DNA of 63,326 nucleotides, filler included, from Bonamia ostreae (GCA_040357525.1; 44 parts of 44 records of this genome joined end to end with filler, not necessarily neighbours in it), one strand, 5' to 3'; positions 11,809 to 23,487 are shown, counted from the whole stretch's first letter. Notes: generated by a model from the sequence alone, not told the origin. Numbers and translations: made by a program.

Positions 11809-12495
11809 GAAGCGTTAGAAGATATTGACAAAGAAAGATTATTAAAAGAAGAAAAAGAAAGAAAAATATTGCAACTAGAAGACAAACTAAGTTTTTAAAA
11901 CGTAAAAAAATAGATGAGAAAAATAATCAAATCGAAAAACTTTTGAAGAACGAAAAGAAAAAGAGAAAAAACGTAAAATTAACTTAATTGCAAATATTAA
12001 AGATCCACAATAACAATCTGTTCGAAATTTACAGTTCGAATTCCAAAAAAGCGAAAAATATTGTTTTTTAAATTTGTACAATAAAAACATTTTTTAAAGA
12101 TTGACGAAGAACTCGAACTTCTGAAAAAAACTTTAGACGAAAACATTTATTCCAAAAGCAATTTAAGTGAAGACAGCGCCGACAGCTCTTTCTCGGCCGA
12201 AGTAGAGATCAACAAAAAAATTGAACCAAAAATTACCAAAAAAAATAAAATCGCTTTGGAAAAAAATGTCAAGAAAAAAGCTTTAAAAAACTTTAAAGAT
12301 TCGAAAAAAGAAGTTAAAAAATCGGCATTTTTGGCAAAAAGTGGAAACATTAAAAAGAAAGTTAGTTTCAAAACGGCGGAAGAACCGGTTTTGTTGTTCT
12401 CTCAAAATGCCGTGAAAGAAAAAATCGACGGGAAGTCTCCGGAGCCGAAGAGATTGAGTTTAAGGGAACGAATTGAAATGTCAAAGAATTTGTAA
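11809..12495 (+). CDS. Lys/Glu-rich coiled-coil protein, 3' exons
   Basis: EALEDIDKERLLKEEKERK..., then a 23-nt intron at 11891-11913, then a terminal ORF ending at 12495. Confidence 0.45.
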
Positions 12496-13349
12496 ATATT
12501 TTTCGTTTGTTCATTTTTCTATTTTTGCAATTATCGATAATTGATTATATCAAAATTGCAATATTTCACATTTCAGGGATACTTCAACGGACAGAGTCAA
12601 TGTCCTTTCCACAACGGGAACAAAAGATATTTTAATTTTGCTCTTTTTATTGTAAAAATACGTTAATTATTTATTCAGAAATTTTTTTTATTTGTTTATT
12701 TTTTACGTTTTGTAATGTTTTGTTTAGTTATAAACAATGACATTTAATTGTCAAGAAGTAAAATTTTCGGGGCCAAACAAAAAGTTTTCGATTTGATGGA
12801 TCATTTTGTCAAAGTCGTATTCCAATTTTTTATTTCCAATGAATGAAGTTCCTAGCAAAATCGCCATTGTCAATGTTATTATTCCTAACCTAAAATTATC
12901 AATTATAATTTTGTCGTTCATAAAAAGAAAAAAACAAAAAAATTTCGTTCATAAAAANNNNNNNNNNNNNNNNNNNNNNNNNNNNNNNNNNNNNNNNNNN
13001 NTTAATTAATTAANNNNNNNNNNNNNNNNNNNNNNNNNNNNNNNNNNNNNNNNNNNNATTTAACAGCGGGAAATGTCTGTGACAATATAAAATCTCTGTA
13101 ACAACGGAAAATGTCTGTAACGGCGGGAAATGTCTTTGACAATGGATGATCGATAAATGTGAAGCATCGAAAACGAAAAATGGTCTCGCGCAAAAAACGA
13201 ACAAATACAATATAGCGAAAGATCAGACTTTATTGACTAAAAATTTCGGAACAATAAAACATGTTCGGTTTACTTATTAAAACACATTCGCTAAAACAAA
13301 AAGAAAAGCCTACAATTAAAACAATCACATATTTTTAAAACATAAAAAA

Positions 13350-13936
13350 ATGGTTCGGATACTTGACAGAGAACTCGAAACTTTACTCAACGAACAAGCG
13401 AATCTAGAATTGCAGGCGTCCTATAAATGTTGACTTTTAAAATAAAAAGATTTGAGTGCCAGTTTTAAAGCGAATGAACTGGATCTAAACAGAATCGAAA
13501 AGTTTTTGTTGGAGCAATCTGCAGAAGAGCGTCTTCACGCACTCGATTTTTACGCCTTCATACAGAAAAAGAATGGAAAAGCAGTATTCAGACCGGTCGA
13601 AATCGATCTGTTAATAAAAATATTCAAATTGCATTTTTAAATTTCCATTTGAAAAATTAAAAAATAGTCCTAAAATGGAATCGCCGGAAGACATTTTCAA
13701 ATTCGCTTACGATTCGGAAATTCTGGTATCTGAAAAAATCAACAATATCATCGAAAAGTTTATCAAAATGACAAAATAGGGCCAACGCGAAAGATCCAGA
13801 AGTCGCAATTTTCCTGATGGATTACGCCAAAAAACAAACGGAAGAGATCGATATTGCTCTTGGAAATCTTAAAATGGCCAAAGATTTCGGGAAGGAAAAA
13901 ATCAATTGTCGCTTTCTTGACAGAGAATTCGATTAA
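13350..13936 (+). CDS. Ferritin of non-heme bacterial FtnA-like type, 161 aa, 3 introns
   Basis: Introns at 13429-13449, 13610-13667 and 13758-13779 give LLNEQANLELQASYKYLS...EERLHALDFY...ESPEDIFKFAYDSEILVSEKIN...KQTEE. The ferroxidase-type E, Y, EExxH, E, Q residues are present. Confidence 0.9.
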
Positions 13937-14149
13937 ATGTAAATCGACAGATTTTAAAAATCGAAAATTAAATCTAAAAATTAACTCCGTTTTGCGTTCG
14001 TAATTTGGCGTAAGCAAATATTTCCTTTCCGATAAAAATAGCAAATAGAAAAATTTAGCCACAAATAACAAGTCAAAATTTATAAGAAAAATCGGATATT
14101 GTAATATAGTGCAAGCTTATTATTAATAAAATCCTAAAAATTATTTTAA

Positions 14150-14407
14150 ATGTCTTCGTCAAATACGAAACCGATAAATCTCAGCGATTTTGAAGAAAAC
14201 GAAGAAATTTTCGAAAATGCGGAACCACAAAAAGAAATAACAGATTTAGATTACAAAATTGATTCGGATTTTAATTATGAAATGGAAAATGAAAAAAGAG
14301 AACCTAAAATTAACAAGAACAATTCTATCAATCAAGGTTTAAGCTCTAAAACAAAAATCGAAATAAAATCTTCGATTGAAATAATGTCCGAAAAAAACTA
14401 AAATTGA
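14150..14407 (+). CDS. Hypothetical acidic protein, 5' part
   Basis: 83-codon Glu/Asn-rich ORF starting about 210 nt after ferritin, at the contig end. Confidence 0.35.
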
Positions 14408-14680
14408 NNNNNNNNNNNNNNNNNNNNNNNNNNNNNNNNNNNNNNNNNNNNTTAATTAATTAANNNNNNNNNNNNNNNNNNNNNNNNNNNNNNNNNNNNN
14501 NNNNNNNGGCCAAAAAATAACAAAGGAGGCATTAGAAGTTGCAAGGCAAAATTATTTTTGTCGAGACCAAACGCCATTATAATGATAATTAATTCTCTAA
14601 CAGCATTATAATAAACGAAGTGCTTTATATATGACAGCCCAATATATGACATTATATTAACTCGAAGTCCATAAGCTGTA

Positions 14681-15246
14681 ATGTCAATAGTCAGATTAAG
14701 AAAAGAACTTGAAAAGTTGGAGAAAGATCCGCCATTCACTTGCAGCGCCGGTCCCATCGACGAAGAGAAGAATTTTTTTAAATGGCGTGCTATCATTATG
14801 GGCCCCGTTTTAAACTTAAAATAAACGAAGAAAGCGACTCCATATGATGGCGGAATATTTGAATTAAAATTAATTTTTCCTCACAATTATCCGTTTAAAC
14901 CCCCGTCGGTGCGTTTCGTAACTCCCGTCTTTCATTGTAATATAGACCAAAGCGGCCACATTTGCATGGATATCCTAAACAGCAAATGGTCGCCGATTCT
15001 CACTGTTTCAAGTCTTCTTCTTTCAGTATGCACTTTGCTAACTGATCCCAATCCAGGTCATTTTCACACCAAAGCTATTTTTAATGCAAAATTTTCACAA
15101 TGAACTTTCGCAAAAATCATAATAAAGACAATCCGCTCGGAGAATCTTCAAATTTGTTGGTGTTCAACAAATCGAAATATGAAGAAACAGCAAAATATTG
15201 GACGAGGAAGTACGCCACAATGACTAACATTTTAAATAAATTGTAA
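14681..15246 (+). CDS. Ubiquitin-conjugating enzyme E2, UBC4/UBE2D-like
   Basis: Motifs YPFKPP, HCNIDQSGHICMDIL (catalytic Cys), WSPILTV and DPNP|DNPL. Introns at 14807-14830 and 15057-15127. Confidence 0.95.
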
Positions 15247-15275
15247 CTCAAAAATACAAAATAATTCCAAAGCTC

Positions 15276-15478
15276 TTTTTTTAATTTGGAATTTGGGGGC
15301 TTACGACCCCGATTGATATATCATTATTTTTAGTAGTCGTGTTACGACCTTTCATCTAGTATCCGATTCATATTTGAGAGCAACTGATACTTTTTTTTGA
15401 ACTGGTCGGTTAGTACCGTCCATCTTCTAGCGCAGACATTCAAGGTCCGAATTTTTAGTGGCAAACTCAGTCAAATTA
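15276..15478 (-). mobile_element. 5'-truncated second copy of the SINE (or 3' end of its partner LINE)
   Basis: 15415-15478 matches the reverse complement of 4665-4729 at 60/65 positions by eye. 15276-15312 matches the 3' end and A-tail. It carries an extra 102 nt at 15313-15414. Confidence 0.75.
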
Positions 15479-15500
15479 AGATAAAGCTACGTCTCAACAT

Positions 15501-15857
15501 TTAATGAAGATACCGACAACTCTCGCCGTAAACACACATTCCGTTCAAAAAGTTGACACATTTCAACGTTTTATACTTCCCCAAATTACGGATTTCCAGC
15601 TTTCCGTGGGCAAACTTGCAATATTTGCCAAATTTGCATTCCCCGCCATCTTTAAAGTTTAGACACGGGCGCGTTTTGTAATGTTCCGTTTTGGCGATCA
15701 TTACCTTTTCGAAATTGTTTTTTTCACCATTTTGCGCGATAGGCGAAGTTTTTGCGAGCGGAATTTTAAAGTGCGCGTTCGGGTTGGCAACGGCCGCCGC
15801 CGCCGCTTTTAAGTGCGCGTTCGGGTTGGCAACGGTCGCCGCCGTCGTTTTTAAGTG
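15501..15857 (-). CDS. Tandem CCCH zinc-finger protein (TIS11/ZFP36-like), 3' part
   Basis: HYKTRPC-x8-C-x5-C-x3-H and KYKTLKC-x7-C-x5-C-x3-H, preceded by a 42-bp (14-aa, HLKAAAAAVANPNA) repeat. Confidence 0.9.
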   Translation of the reverse strand, partial: HLKTTAATVANPNAHLKAAAAAVANPNAHFKIPLAKTSPIAQNGEKNNFEKVMIAKTEHYKTRPCLNFKDGGECKFGKYCKFAHGKLEIRNLGKYKTLKCVNFLNGMCVYGESCRYLH

Positions 15858-15957
15858 NNNNNNNNNNNNNNNNNNNNNNNNNNNNNNNNNNNNNNNNNNN
15901 NTTAATTAATTAANNNNNNNNNNNNNNNNNNNNNNNNNNNNNNNNNNNNNNNNNNNN

Positions 15958-16426
15958 CCAATACCTCATCCGGGATAAAATCCTTAATTATACGCACCTG
16001 TTCTCTTCTGCCTGGAACAGTTCTGCCCAACTCGATAAATTCCCCCATGTTAAAATCAATGGCTCCAACTAGGGTATTAAGTGATGCTACTGTGGTTGTT
16101 TTAAAACCATCTGGAGAGGTTATTTCTAATTTTCGTTTTCCGCCCTCTGAAAAGATGTTCTTTACAATGTATTCGCCATTGTCGTTTGATATATGGGTTT
16201 CTACAAACCCTTTCTTTGCATCCTTGTTTAATGGCTGATTAATCTTTGCTAGGGAAACTTTCCCTTTGTCGGATACGGATGTTTCAAGATTCTTGAAAAT
16301 TCCATCCACAAGGGAAGTTTTACCAGTGTGGTTTTTTCCTACAACAAAAACCGATTTGCCTGCCAAATTAAACTCTGCTTTTTTAATCCCTTTAAAGTTC
16401 TCGATACCTACTTTTTGTACTTTCAT
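15958..16426 (-). CDS. SMC/Rad50-like AAA ATPase, N-terminal part (phage-like contig)
   Basis: MKVQKVGIENFKGIK...VVGKNHTGKTSLVD (Walker A). No introns. Confidence 0.85.
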
Positions 16427-16488
16427 GATCTTTTTTTTGAAAATTAGAATAACCATAGTGGATATTTCACCACTATGATATATGATTC

Positions 16489-17308
16489 TTAAATATTATT
16501 TAGGTGTGACATAACTACTTCTGTGGCCAATTTACCGTTATAGGTATTCTTTCTTTGCCATGCACATGCACGGGGTGACCATTTGAAGCCATTAGACTTC
16601 ATTACATTTCTTATTTCGTCCGATGGTTTACCATCGAAGAAAAAGCGATATCTTTCATCGCTATAATGGATTTCAAGTCTATAAAGATCGTTTTCAAACA
16701 ATACTTTATCTTCTTTTACTTCTGGTTCCACTTTTGGAGCCTTTGCCTGTTCTATAATTTTGAAGATTGAATGTCGTTTAGTAAACATGTTTTTACCAGT
16801 GTTTTCTTTTGATGCTTCGTTGATTTCGTTAACAGCCTTTTCCATCAACTCACCATTATGAGATAGTTTATTTACTATCTTTCTCTGAAGAGCACTCTTC
16901 AATAGTGTGTTATGTCTTCCCCATTGAACTGCATCCGCAATAACAGATACTGCTTGTCTAATTATATAATTGTAACTCTCTTCTTCGACTGCTTTCTGCT
17001 CTTTTTTAAGCTCATCTCCAGATAGTGCATTTTTGACATTTCTTTTGATGATCTTAACACCTTTGTCAAAATAAGAAATAAATTCCTCTAATCTATTGTG
17101 TTCTGAGTTTAGGGCTTTTTGGTTTCGCCTGGTCGGGAAGTTTGAAGGACCAGTAATCATCGAAGATAAGCATCTACTCTTTGCATGTAGGTGAGCTTGT
17201 TTCTTTTTAAGTAATCCATCTTGAAATCTATTAAATGATTCGTCTAAGACAATCATTTGATTCTCAGTCTTAACTAAAGTTTTGGATTCTTCATACACTT
17301 CTTTTAGN
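16489..17308 (-). CDS. Phage/plasmid polyvalent-protein-associated hypothetical protein, 5'-truncated
   Basis: Motifs SSMITGPSNFPTRRN and FFFDGKPSDEIRNVMKSNGFKWSP...AWQR are recalled from phage and conjugative-element proteins. Confidence 0.6.
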
Positions 17309-19034
17309 NNNNNNNNNNNNNNNNNNNNNNNNNNNNNNNNNNNNNNNNNNNTTAATTAATTAANNNNNNNNNNNNNNNNNNNNNNNNNNNNNNNNNNNNN
17401 NNNNNNNTCTACAAAATGAAGTGAAAGTTTGCCCCATTGTTTCTAACATTGATGAGACCGACCACTATTCGTTGCGTATACACTGACTAAAATAGAAACT
17501 TTGGACATACATGAGTAATCAAGTAAATTAATTTCAATTCTAATTAGTTTTGATTCACTGTAAAGGGATAATTTTATAACCCTGTTGCGAGATGGTCACA
17601 CTGTAAAACATATTAGTCCAACTATATACAGTGTGTAACAAATGCATTTTACAAGCTGCTTTTAATTACAAGTGTTTAAGATATCGTTTTTAAACGGTGT
17701 TTTTTAAACAAATATATCTGTATGCATGGGCGATTTTTATGGGACTTTTATGGACTAAAAACAGCGAGAAAGGCAATTTTGATATCAGAAAATAGTTCAG
17801 AGTTTATGGGTAAATAAAGAAGAGTAGTGCTATTTGCCAGATTTATTTTGATTTCGATATTTCTCTCTTATACCTTGCACGATTTCAGTTAGAATACATT
17901 ATGCATTAAATGTGCATTAGTAAATGCGTAATCAATATCTTAGTAATTAGTGTAGCACTTCCGCAAATTTAATTTTTGTCACAAATAATTGAAAATCAGT
18001 AAAACTTTATTCTATTGTTTCCATATTTGTACCTAATGTTACTTTCCTGGAACGTAACATGTTTTTTTTCAAGTGGGGAAAGAAGGAAATGACTTCACAA
18101 TTCTCCGAAATGCTTGACAAGCATATAAAAGAAAAACGTTGTTCTGTCGATGCTTGACATCGTATTTTGAGGAGGGGATAGTGGTGTACCACTGCTTGCT
18201 AATACAACATCAATTTCCCCCACCGCGGATTACATACGGACCTGCTTTCACAATCGTGGATACCAAAATCACCAATATTCGCCCCCTTCCAAAACCGGAC
18301 GCCAACAGATTTTCACGTTTAACGTAAATTGCTTCTCCGATTTAGATCATTCTATTTATTAGTTATATGCTTTATAAAACATCCATGTCGTCTGTGAAGA
18401 TAACAAAGGCAATTCCATCGGATTCAACGCAACATTAAAGAGTTCGGTTTTGTTGAAGAGCAGTTCCGGTTTCGCTCTGCAGGTGAGTATATATGCTACT
18501 ACATATATATGATAATCATGAACTCGATGTTTGTGTCGGCTCGCAGAGCTAGACGATCCTTGATGTCGCCGTCGTCTTTATGCGGGTTTCCAGCGTCTCA
18601 CAAACTTTTATTTTTATTCTTACACGGACAACTAATAAATCCTGCTCATAAAGATTGTGAAAATTTGATGTGCTTTTTCAAACAGCTTGAATAAGTATTG
18701 AAGAAACACGATTCTATGGTCGTTATAATGATGTATATCTGTATCCGTAACGAAATNNNNNNNNNNNNNNNNNNNNNNNNNNNNNNNNNNNNNNNNNNNN
18801 TTAATTAATTAANNNNNNNNNNNNNNNNNNNNNNNNNNNNNNNNNNNNNNNNNNNNAATTTCTAGTGCTAGAGATTATACTAAAGAGACAGGACATGAAT
18901 GGTCTTCATGGTGTTTAGATGTAACATTATTAGATCATTTAATGCCATCTGAAATAATTAAATTAGTATTAGCTAGCGGTGCTAAAGATTGTAGTTTAAA
19001 AAATGGTATGATGTTAAATATTAAAAACTAAATT

Positions 19035-19451
19035 ATGACGTATACTATAACAGAAGAAGTTTTGCATGTAGCAGGTAATATTCTATGTACAAATGACCAT
19101 TCATTAAAAGAACAGATTAATAAATTATTAAAACTTTACGAAGATGGAGTTCAGGATACTTATGATTTTATAGATCATATGCATGGTGTAGAGATTTGTG
19201 ATTCTATGACTAATACTTATACAGTTAAAGAGTTTATAGAATTATTACCTTGGCCTAATGAAGAAAAGTTAGATAAAGAAGCTTTAATTGAAAAATATGT
19301 CAAAAAACTAAAAGCGGCAAATTCAGAAAATAAAGGCGATCCAGAATTTGCACATATAGATGCTGATAACGCTTTGATTGATTTATTAAATGAATTAGGG
19401 TTAGAAAAAGTGGCAGATGCTTACAATGAAATAGATAAATGGTTTGCGTAA
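19035..19451 (+). CDS. Phage hypothetical protein
   Basis: Tightly packed AT-rich ORF with C-terminal DPEFAHIDADNALIDLLNELG...KWFA, typical of small phage proteins. Confidence 0.7.
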   Translation: MTYTITEEVLHVAGNILCTNDHSLKEQINKLLKLYEDGVQDTYDFIDHMHGVEICDSMTNTYTVKEFIELLPWPNEEKLDKEALIEKYVKKLKAANSENKGDPEFAHIDADNALIDLLNELGLEKVADAYNEIDKWFA

Positions 19452-19867
19452 TGTGTGAATATGTAACTAAACCATCCAAAAAAGCTAAAGAAGATATTGT
19501 AGTTTATAAGATTGTATCAAGAAATATATGGGATAATACTTGTTTTATACCTGCTTTTGTATCTAAAAAGATTAAGTATAAATTAGAAAAAACATATAAA
19601 TCAAGACTTTCTTGTAGCTGGAAATATTTTAATCATTCTTTATTTAAATTTAAATCATTATTTGCCTTTAATAGAGAGTTATCAACAAAGAAAGGTCTTT
19701 ATTCTTATGGAGATTCAAAAAGCGCAAGATTACTTAACTATTTAAACGTGTTCCCTAGATCAGTCCTTATTAAATGTATAATCCCTAAAGGTTCTACTTA
19801 TTTTAAAACTAAAGATGGGGTATATATAAGCAATAAATTAACATTAATAAAAGTAATTAAAAGATGA
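19451..19867 (+). CDS. Phage hypothetical protein (Bacteroidota/crAss-like phage type)
   Basis: TAATG stop-start overlap. AKEDIVVYK...KCIIPKGSTYF...YISNKL pattern recalled from crAss-like phages. Confidence 0.65.
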   Translation: MCEYVTKPSKKAKEDIVVYKIVSRNIWDNTCFIPAFVSKKIKYKLEKTYKSRLSCSWKYFNHSLFKFKSLFAFNRELSTKKGLYSYGDSKSARLLNYLNVFPRSVLIKCIIPKGSTYFKTKDGVYISNKLTLIKVIKR

Positions 19868-20058
19868 GTGAAGAAAAATGGGGTAAACTTTATCCTAAAG
19901 ATATGACTAAAGACCATCTGATGAAGAGTAGAGCTATGCTTATGAGAAATATAGCTAAATCTGAAAGGTGGATAGCTAAATTTGAACAAGAAATTATTAA
20001 TAAAGGAGGAGAAATAAAACAGCCTTATACATCAAAAAGAATTAAACAAAAAGACTGA
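19864..20058 (+). CDS. Phage hypothetical protein
   Basis: ATGA overlap with the previous ORF. Ends 1 nt before rtcB. Confidence 0.6.
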   Translation: MSEEKWGKLYPKDMTKDHLMKSRAMLMRNIAKSERWIAKFEQEIINKGGEIKQPYTSKRIKQKD

Positions 20059-20059
20059 T

Positions 20060-20204
20060 ATGATAGAAATTAAAGGAAAATTTAACGAAGCTAAAGTATT
20101 TACTGAAAACATTGAAGAGAAAGCTTATTCTCAAATATTAGAGTTATGTTGTGCTGAACAATATAAAGATTCTAAAATTAGAATAATGCCTGATGTTCAT
20201 GCTG
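20060..20204 (+). CDS. rtcB: RtcB-family RNA ligase, N-terminus
   Basis: MIEIKGKFNEAKVFT...QI...KIRIMPDVHA(G), the RtcB MPDxHxG motif. Truncated by the contig end. Confidence 0.9.
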
Positions 20205-20304
20205 NNNNNNNNNNNNNNNNNNNNNNNNNNNNNNNNNNNNNNNNNNNNTTAATTAATTAANNNNNNNNNNNNNNNNNNNNNNNNNNNNNNNNNNNNNNNN
20301 NNNN

Positions 20305-21228
20305 GACATCCGCATTTTTTTCAACACAATTGAAGATAAATTAAATGCATTAAAAAACACAAACATTAAAAAATTTGGTGAAAATGCTGTTTTACTAGAA
20401 AATACACACAGTCTCTACAAAATAGTTATCCACCATATACCTCGTTATATTACAGAAGAAGATATTTTACGTTATTTTAATGAGATAGATATAAAAATTA
20501 ACAGTATTGTATTTAAAAAGTTGAAAAATAATGAACAATTTAGTACTGGTTTTGTTAATCTTGAAGACAAAAACACGTATGAAATGTTGATTAAAGCAAG
20601 AAAATTCACTGTTGCACGTAGAGAATTTAAGATTTCGAGATATATAAATAAAAAAGTTGTTCAATGTTACAGATGTCAAAAATATGGACATTGTGCTGAT
20701 ATTTGTATTAATGCTGATACTGTCTGTCGGTTCTGTGCAAGTAATCATCAGTCAAAAGATTGTAATCAAAAAAACAACTTAAAGTGTGCAAATTGTAATA
20801 AATGCCATAAATCAAATTCCTTTCTTTGTAAAGAAAAACAAAAGAAAATTGTGTCTAAAAATCGCTGGATTGTCTTGGAAGAGACTAAAGTTGATAAAAT
20901 GTTCACATTTGATAAAGATGTTATTGATTATGCTAAAAAAAAATATAAACCAAAAAAGGTTAAAAAACAAATGTCAGAGGAAGAATTTTTAAATAAAAGT
21001 GCGATCTACCCAATACGTAATTCTGAAACTGTACAAAAAACTAATAAACCTGTTAAAAAAATTAGTGACTATAAAAAAACTCAAGACATAAAATTATCAG
21101 AAAATGATGAATCACAACTCATAAAAAAAATAATTGCTATTTTGGAAAATAATATTGAAAAATACATTGAAAATCTATTTATCAATTTACAAAAGAAAAT
21201 GTTTAATAGTAAGACGCAGATACAATGA
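20305..21228 (+). mobile_element. Non-LTR retrotransposon ORF1 (gag-like, three zinc knuckles), 5'-truncated
   Basis: QCYRCQKYGHCADIC, CRFCASNHQSKDC and CANCNKCHKSNSFLC. The frame is open from the contig start. Confidence 0.9.
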
Positions 21229-21651
21229 TTTCTGTTATTACAATAAATACAAGGTCTCTTAAAAAAAATTTCAATGAATTTAAAAACATGGTAACAAAAA
21301 ACAATTGTGACATTGTTTGTGTACAAGAAGTATGGAATAAAAATAAAATTGAATTAATAAATTATAAACTTTTTTGTACAACCAGAAACCACGGGAAAAG
21401 TGGTGGTGGTTTGAATATGTACATAAAATGCAACATCAAATGTGATAATATAAATCTTGACCATCTAAGATTAGTTGATCAAGGTTATGAGATTCAGGGA
21501 ATTAAAATTTATTGTGAAGATAATAAAATAATCAATCTTTACAATATTTATATAATTCCTTCAAAAAAGGTGAATTTTGATGAATTATTTACCGATATTA
21601 ATTTCGATGAAAATAGTATTATTTGTGGCGATTTCAATGCCAAACATAATA
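21225..21651 (+). mobile_element. Non-LTR retrotransposon ORF2, apurinic-endonuclease domain, 3'-truncated
   Basis: Motifs ITINTRSL, DIVCVQEVW, GGGL and IICGDFNAKH. ATGA overlap with the ORF1 stop. Confidence 0.92.
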
Positions 21652-23056
21652 NNNNNNNNNNNNNNNNNNNNNNNNNNNNNNNNNNNNNNNNNNNNTTAAT
21701 TAATTAANNNNNNNNNNNNNNNNNNNNNNNNNNNNNNNNNNNNNNNNNNNNTCACGATACCATACCCGGTGCTAGTATGTAAACAGCTTAAGTTGGGCTC
21801 CTATTTAAAAAATCTAACATTTAAAAACCCTGGTATCTGATACGTATTCATAACTCGTATACTCTTATTCATCATTTATTTTATTTTTTATATTAAGGGT
21901 CATTATTTGGGATTTGTGAATCAAGTTTTTTTCTCAATACGAGGTAGGGGGTAATGATCAACCACAATTACCAGGTTCAAAGTTACCTTAAAATAATCAC
22001 AAATTTCGACACTATTAACAGACTTGATAACGGGTAAAACGGGTGTGATCCACTCACCATGATTAACTTTAGTGACAATGCCCTCACTCACTAACTTATC
22101 GAACTCCTACACACCTTTGGTTTCAAATAGTATGACACAGAGGCTACTTTACTAAACTTAGTGCTAGACCCTTGTTTCAAGTTAAGCTGAGTTATAGGAG
22201 TTATGAAATTGCCTTTCTTTCAATACCCTCGACATCACCTATATACGTGTTCATTTTCCTTAATCTGCAAATTTGGAGCATACCCTGGATTTTACGTAGC
22301 CTATCCATAATCCAGAAATTATATAACATGCGATGCTAAACTAAATGACAAAATTACTTTTTTTCAGAAACAGAGATACAACAGAAAGTGACGAAATGAT
22401 CCATCAGTAGTCAGGATTGCCTGTCATTCAACCCTTGTACAGATATACCAATTATAATCCTTATTTAAATATACTGATTCCATCCTTCTTTCAAGGGTCA
22501 CGTGTTTAGGATTTCAAGTCATGTATCAAATAGAACAATCTTAAAGAGACTGGACAAGTTGACTGCATATGGAGCTTAAGCATTTGAAACAATCGTTGGA
22601 ATTCTGAGAATCATCGATACCTTCATATCTGATAAAGAGAAGATTTGTAGTTCAAGGAGTACAGGGGTTTACTTGCATCAAAGTTGTCAGTAGTGAATTA
22701 TGTAGCACATTATACTCATAATTTCGATGTTGCTTGGTGTTTTTTTATTTAGGTAATCAAACGATTACACGAGAGATAAAAAGACAGAGGGGATTTTTAT
22801 TTACATCAGCATCACGTGTTCAAAATATTGTTTCCCAATTCATTCAAAATCTTCAAGTTCACAGTTTTGATGGATATAAATTTCAAAGTAGAAACATATG
22901 TTATCCGTAAGTGACAGTAAGAAAATGAAACGCTAGTATATTTTCGATAGTACATATTTTATATGACTAATTTCTGATCAGTTCATTGTTAGAATTTTTA
23001 TGTTATTTCATCATTACTAAATGCATCTTCATGATTATTTTTTTTATTCTATCAAA

Positions 23057-23096
23057 GGGGCATCCGTGACCGACTGGTTAGAGCATCGCGCTCAAA
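23057..23096 (+). mobile_element. tRNA-like SINE head cut by the contig end (animal-type contig)
   Basis: GGGGCATCCGTGACCGACTGGTTAGAGCATCGCGC is an A-box/D-arm-like sequence at an assembly break. Confidence 0.5.
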
Positions 23097-23487
23097 NNNN
23101 NNNNNNNNNNNNNNNNNNNNNNNNNNNNNNNNNNNNNNNNTTAATTAATTAANNNNNNNNNNNNNNNNNNNNNNNNNNNNNNNNNNNNNNNNNNNNTATC
23201 TTCGAAAACGAAGCGTCGCATAATATGAAAGATAAAGTTGATTTTGAAACTGAACAAAATTAACAAATCTTTATCGACTAAAAAATAATAAAGCTTTTAC
23301 AAATTATCGTCAAAATCTAAAAATAATTAGCCAAAATTAGTAACGTGAATTAGAGCGTTAAAAATTGTGCGACATTGAAAAAGATAACACAAACTCATTT
23401 AAAAAAGTGCTAAAAATAAATTTTATACAAAAACTTAACAGCAATAATTCTAAATTTTAAAAGTTTACACTTAAACCCTATAACAAA

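Noticed and set aside
15501-17308. Phage genes integrated next to eukaryotic genes
   Set aside because: They are separated by a linker and belong to different contigs, so there is no evidence of physical linkage.
23199-23217. 19-mer TCTTCGAAAACGAAGCGTC, also at 51998-52016 (small CTTCG-AAAA-CGAAG hairpin)
   Set aside because: The flanks are unrelated and both copies lie at contig edges in probable coding DNA. One short match is not enough to call an element.
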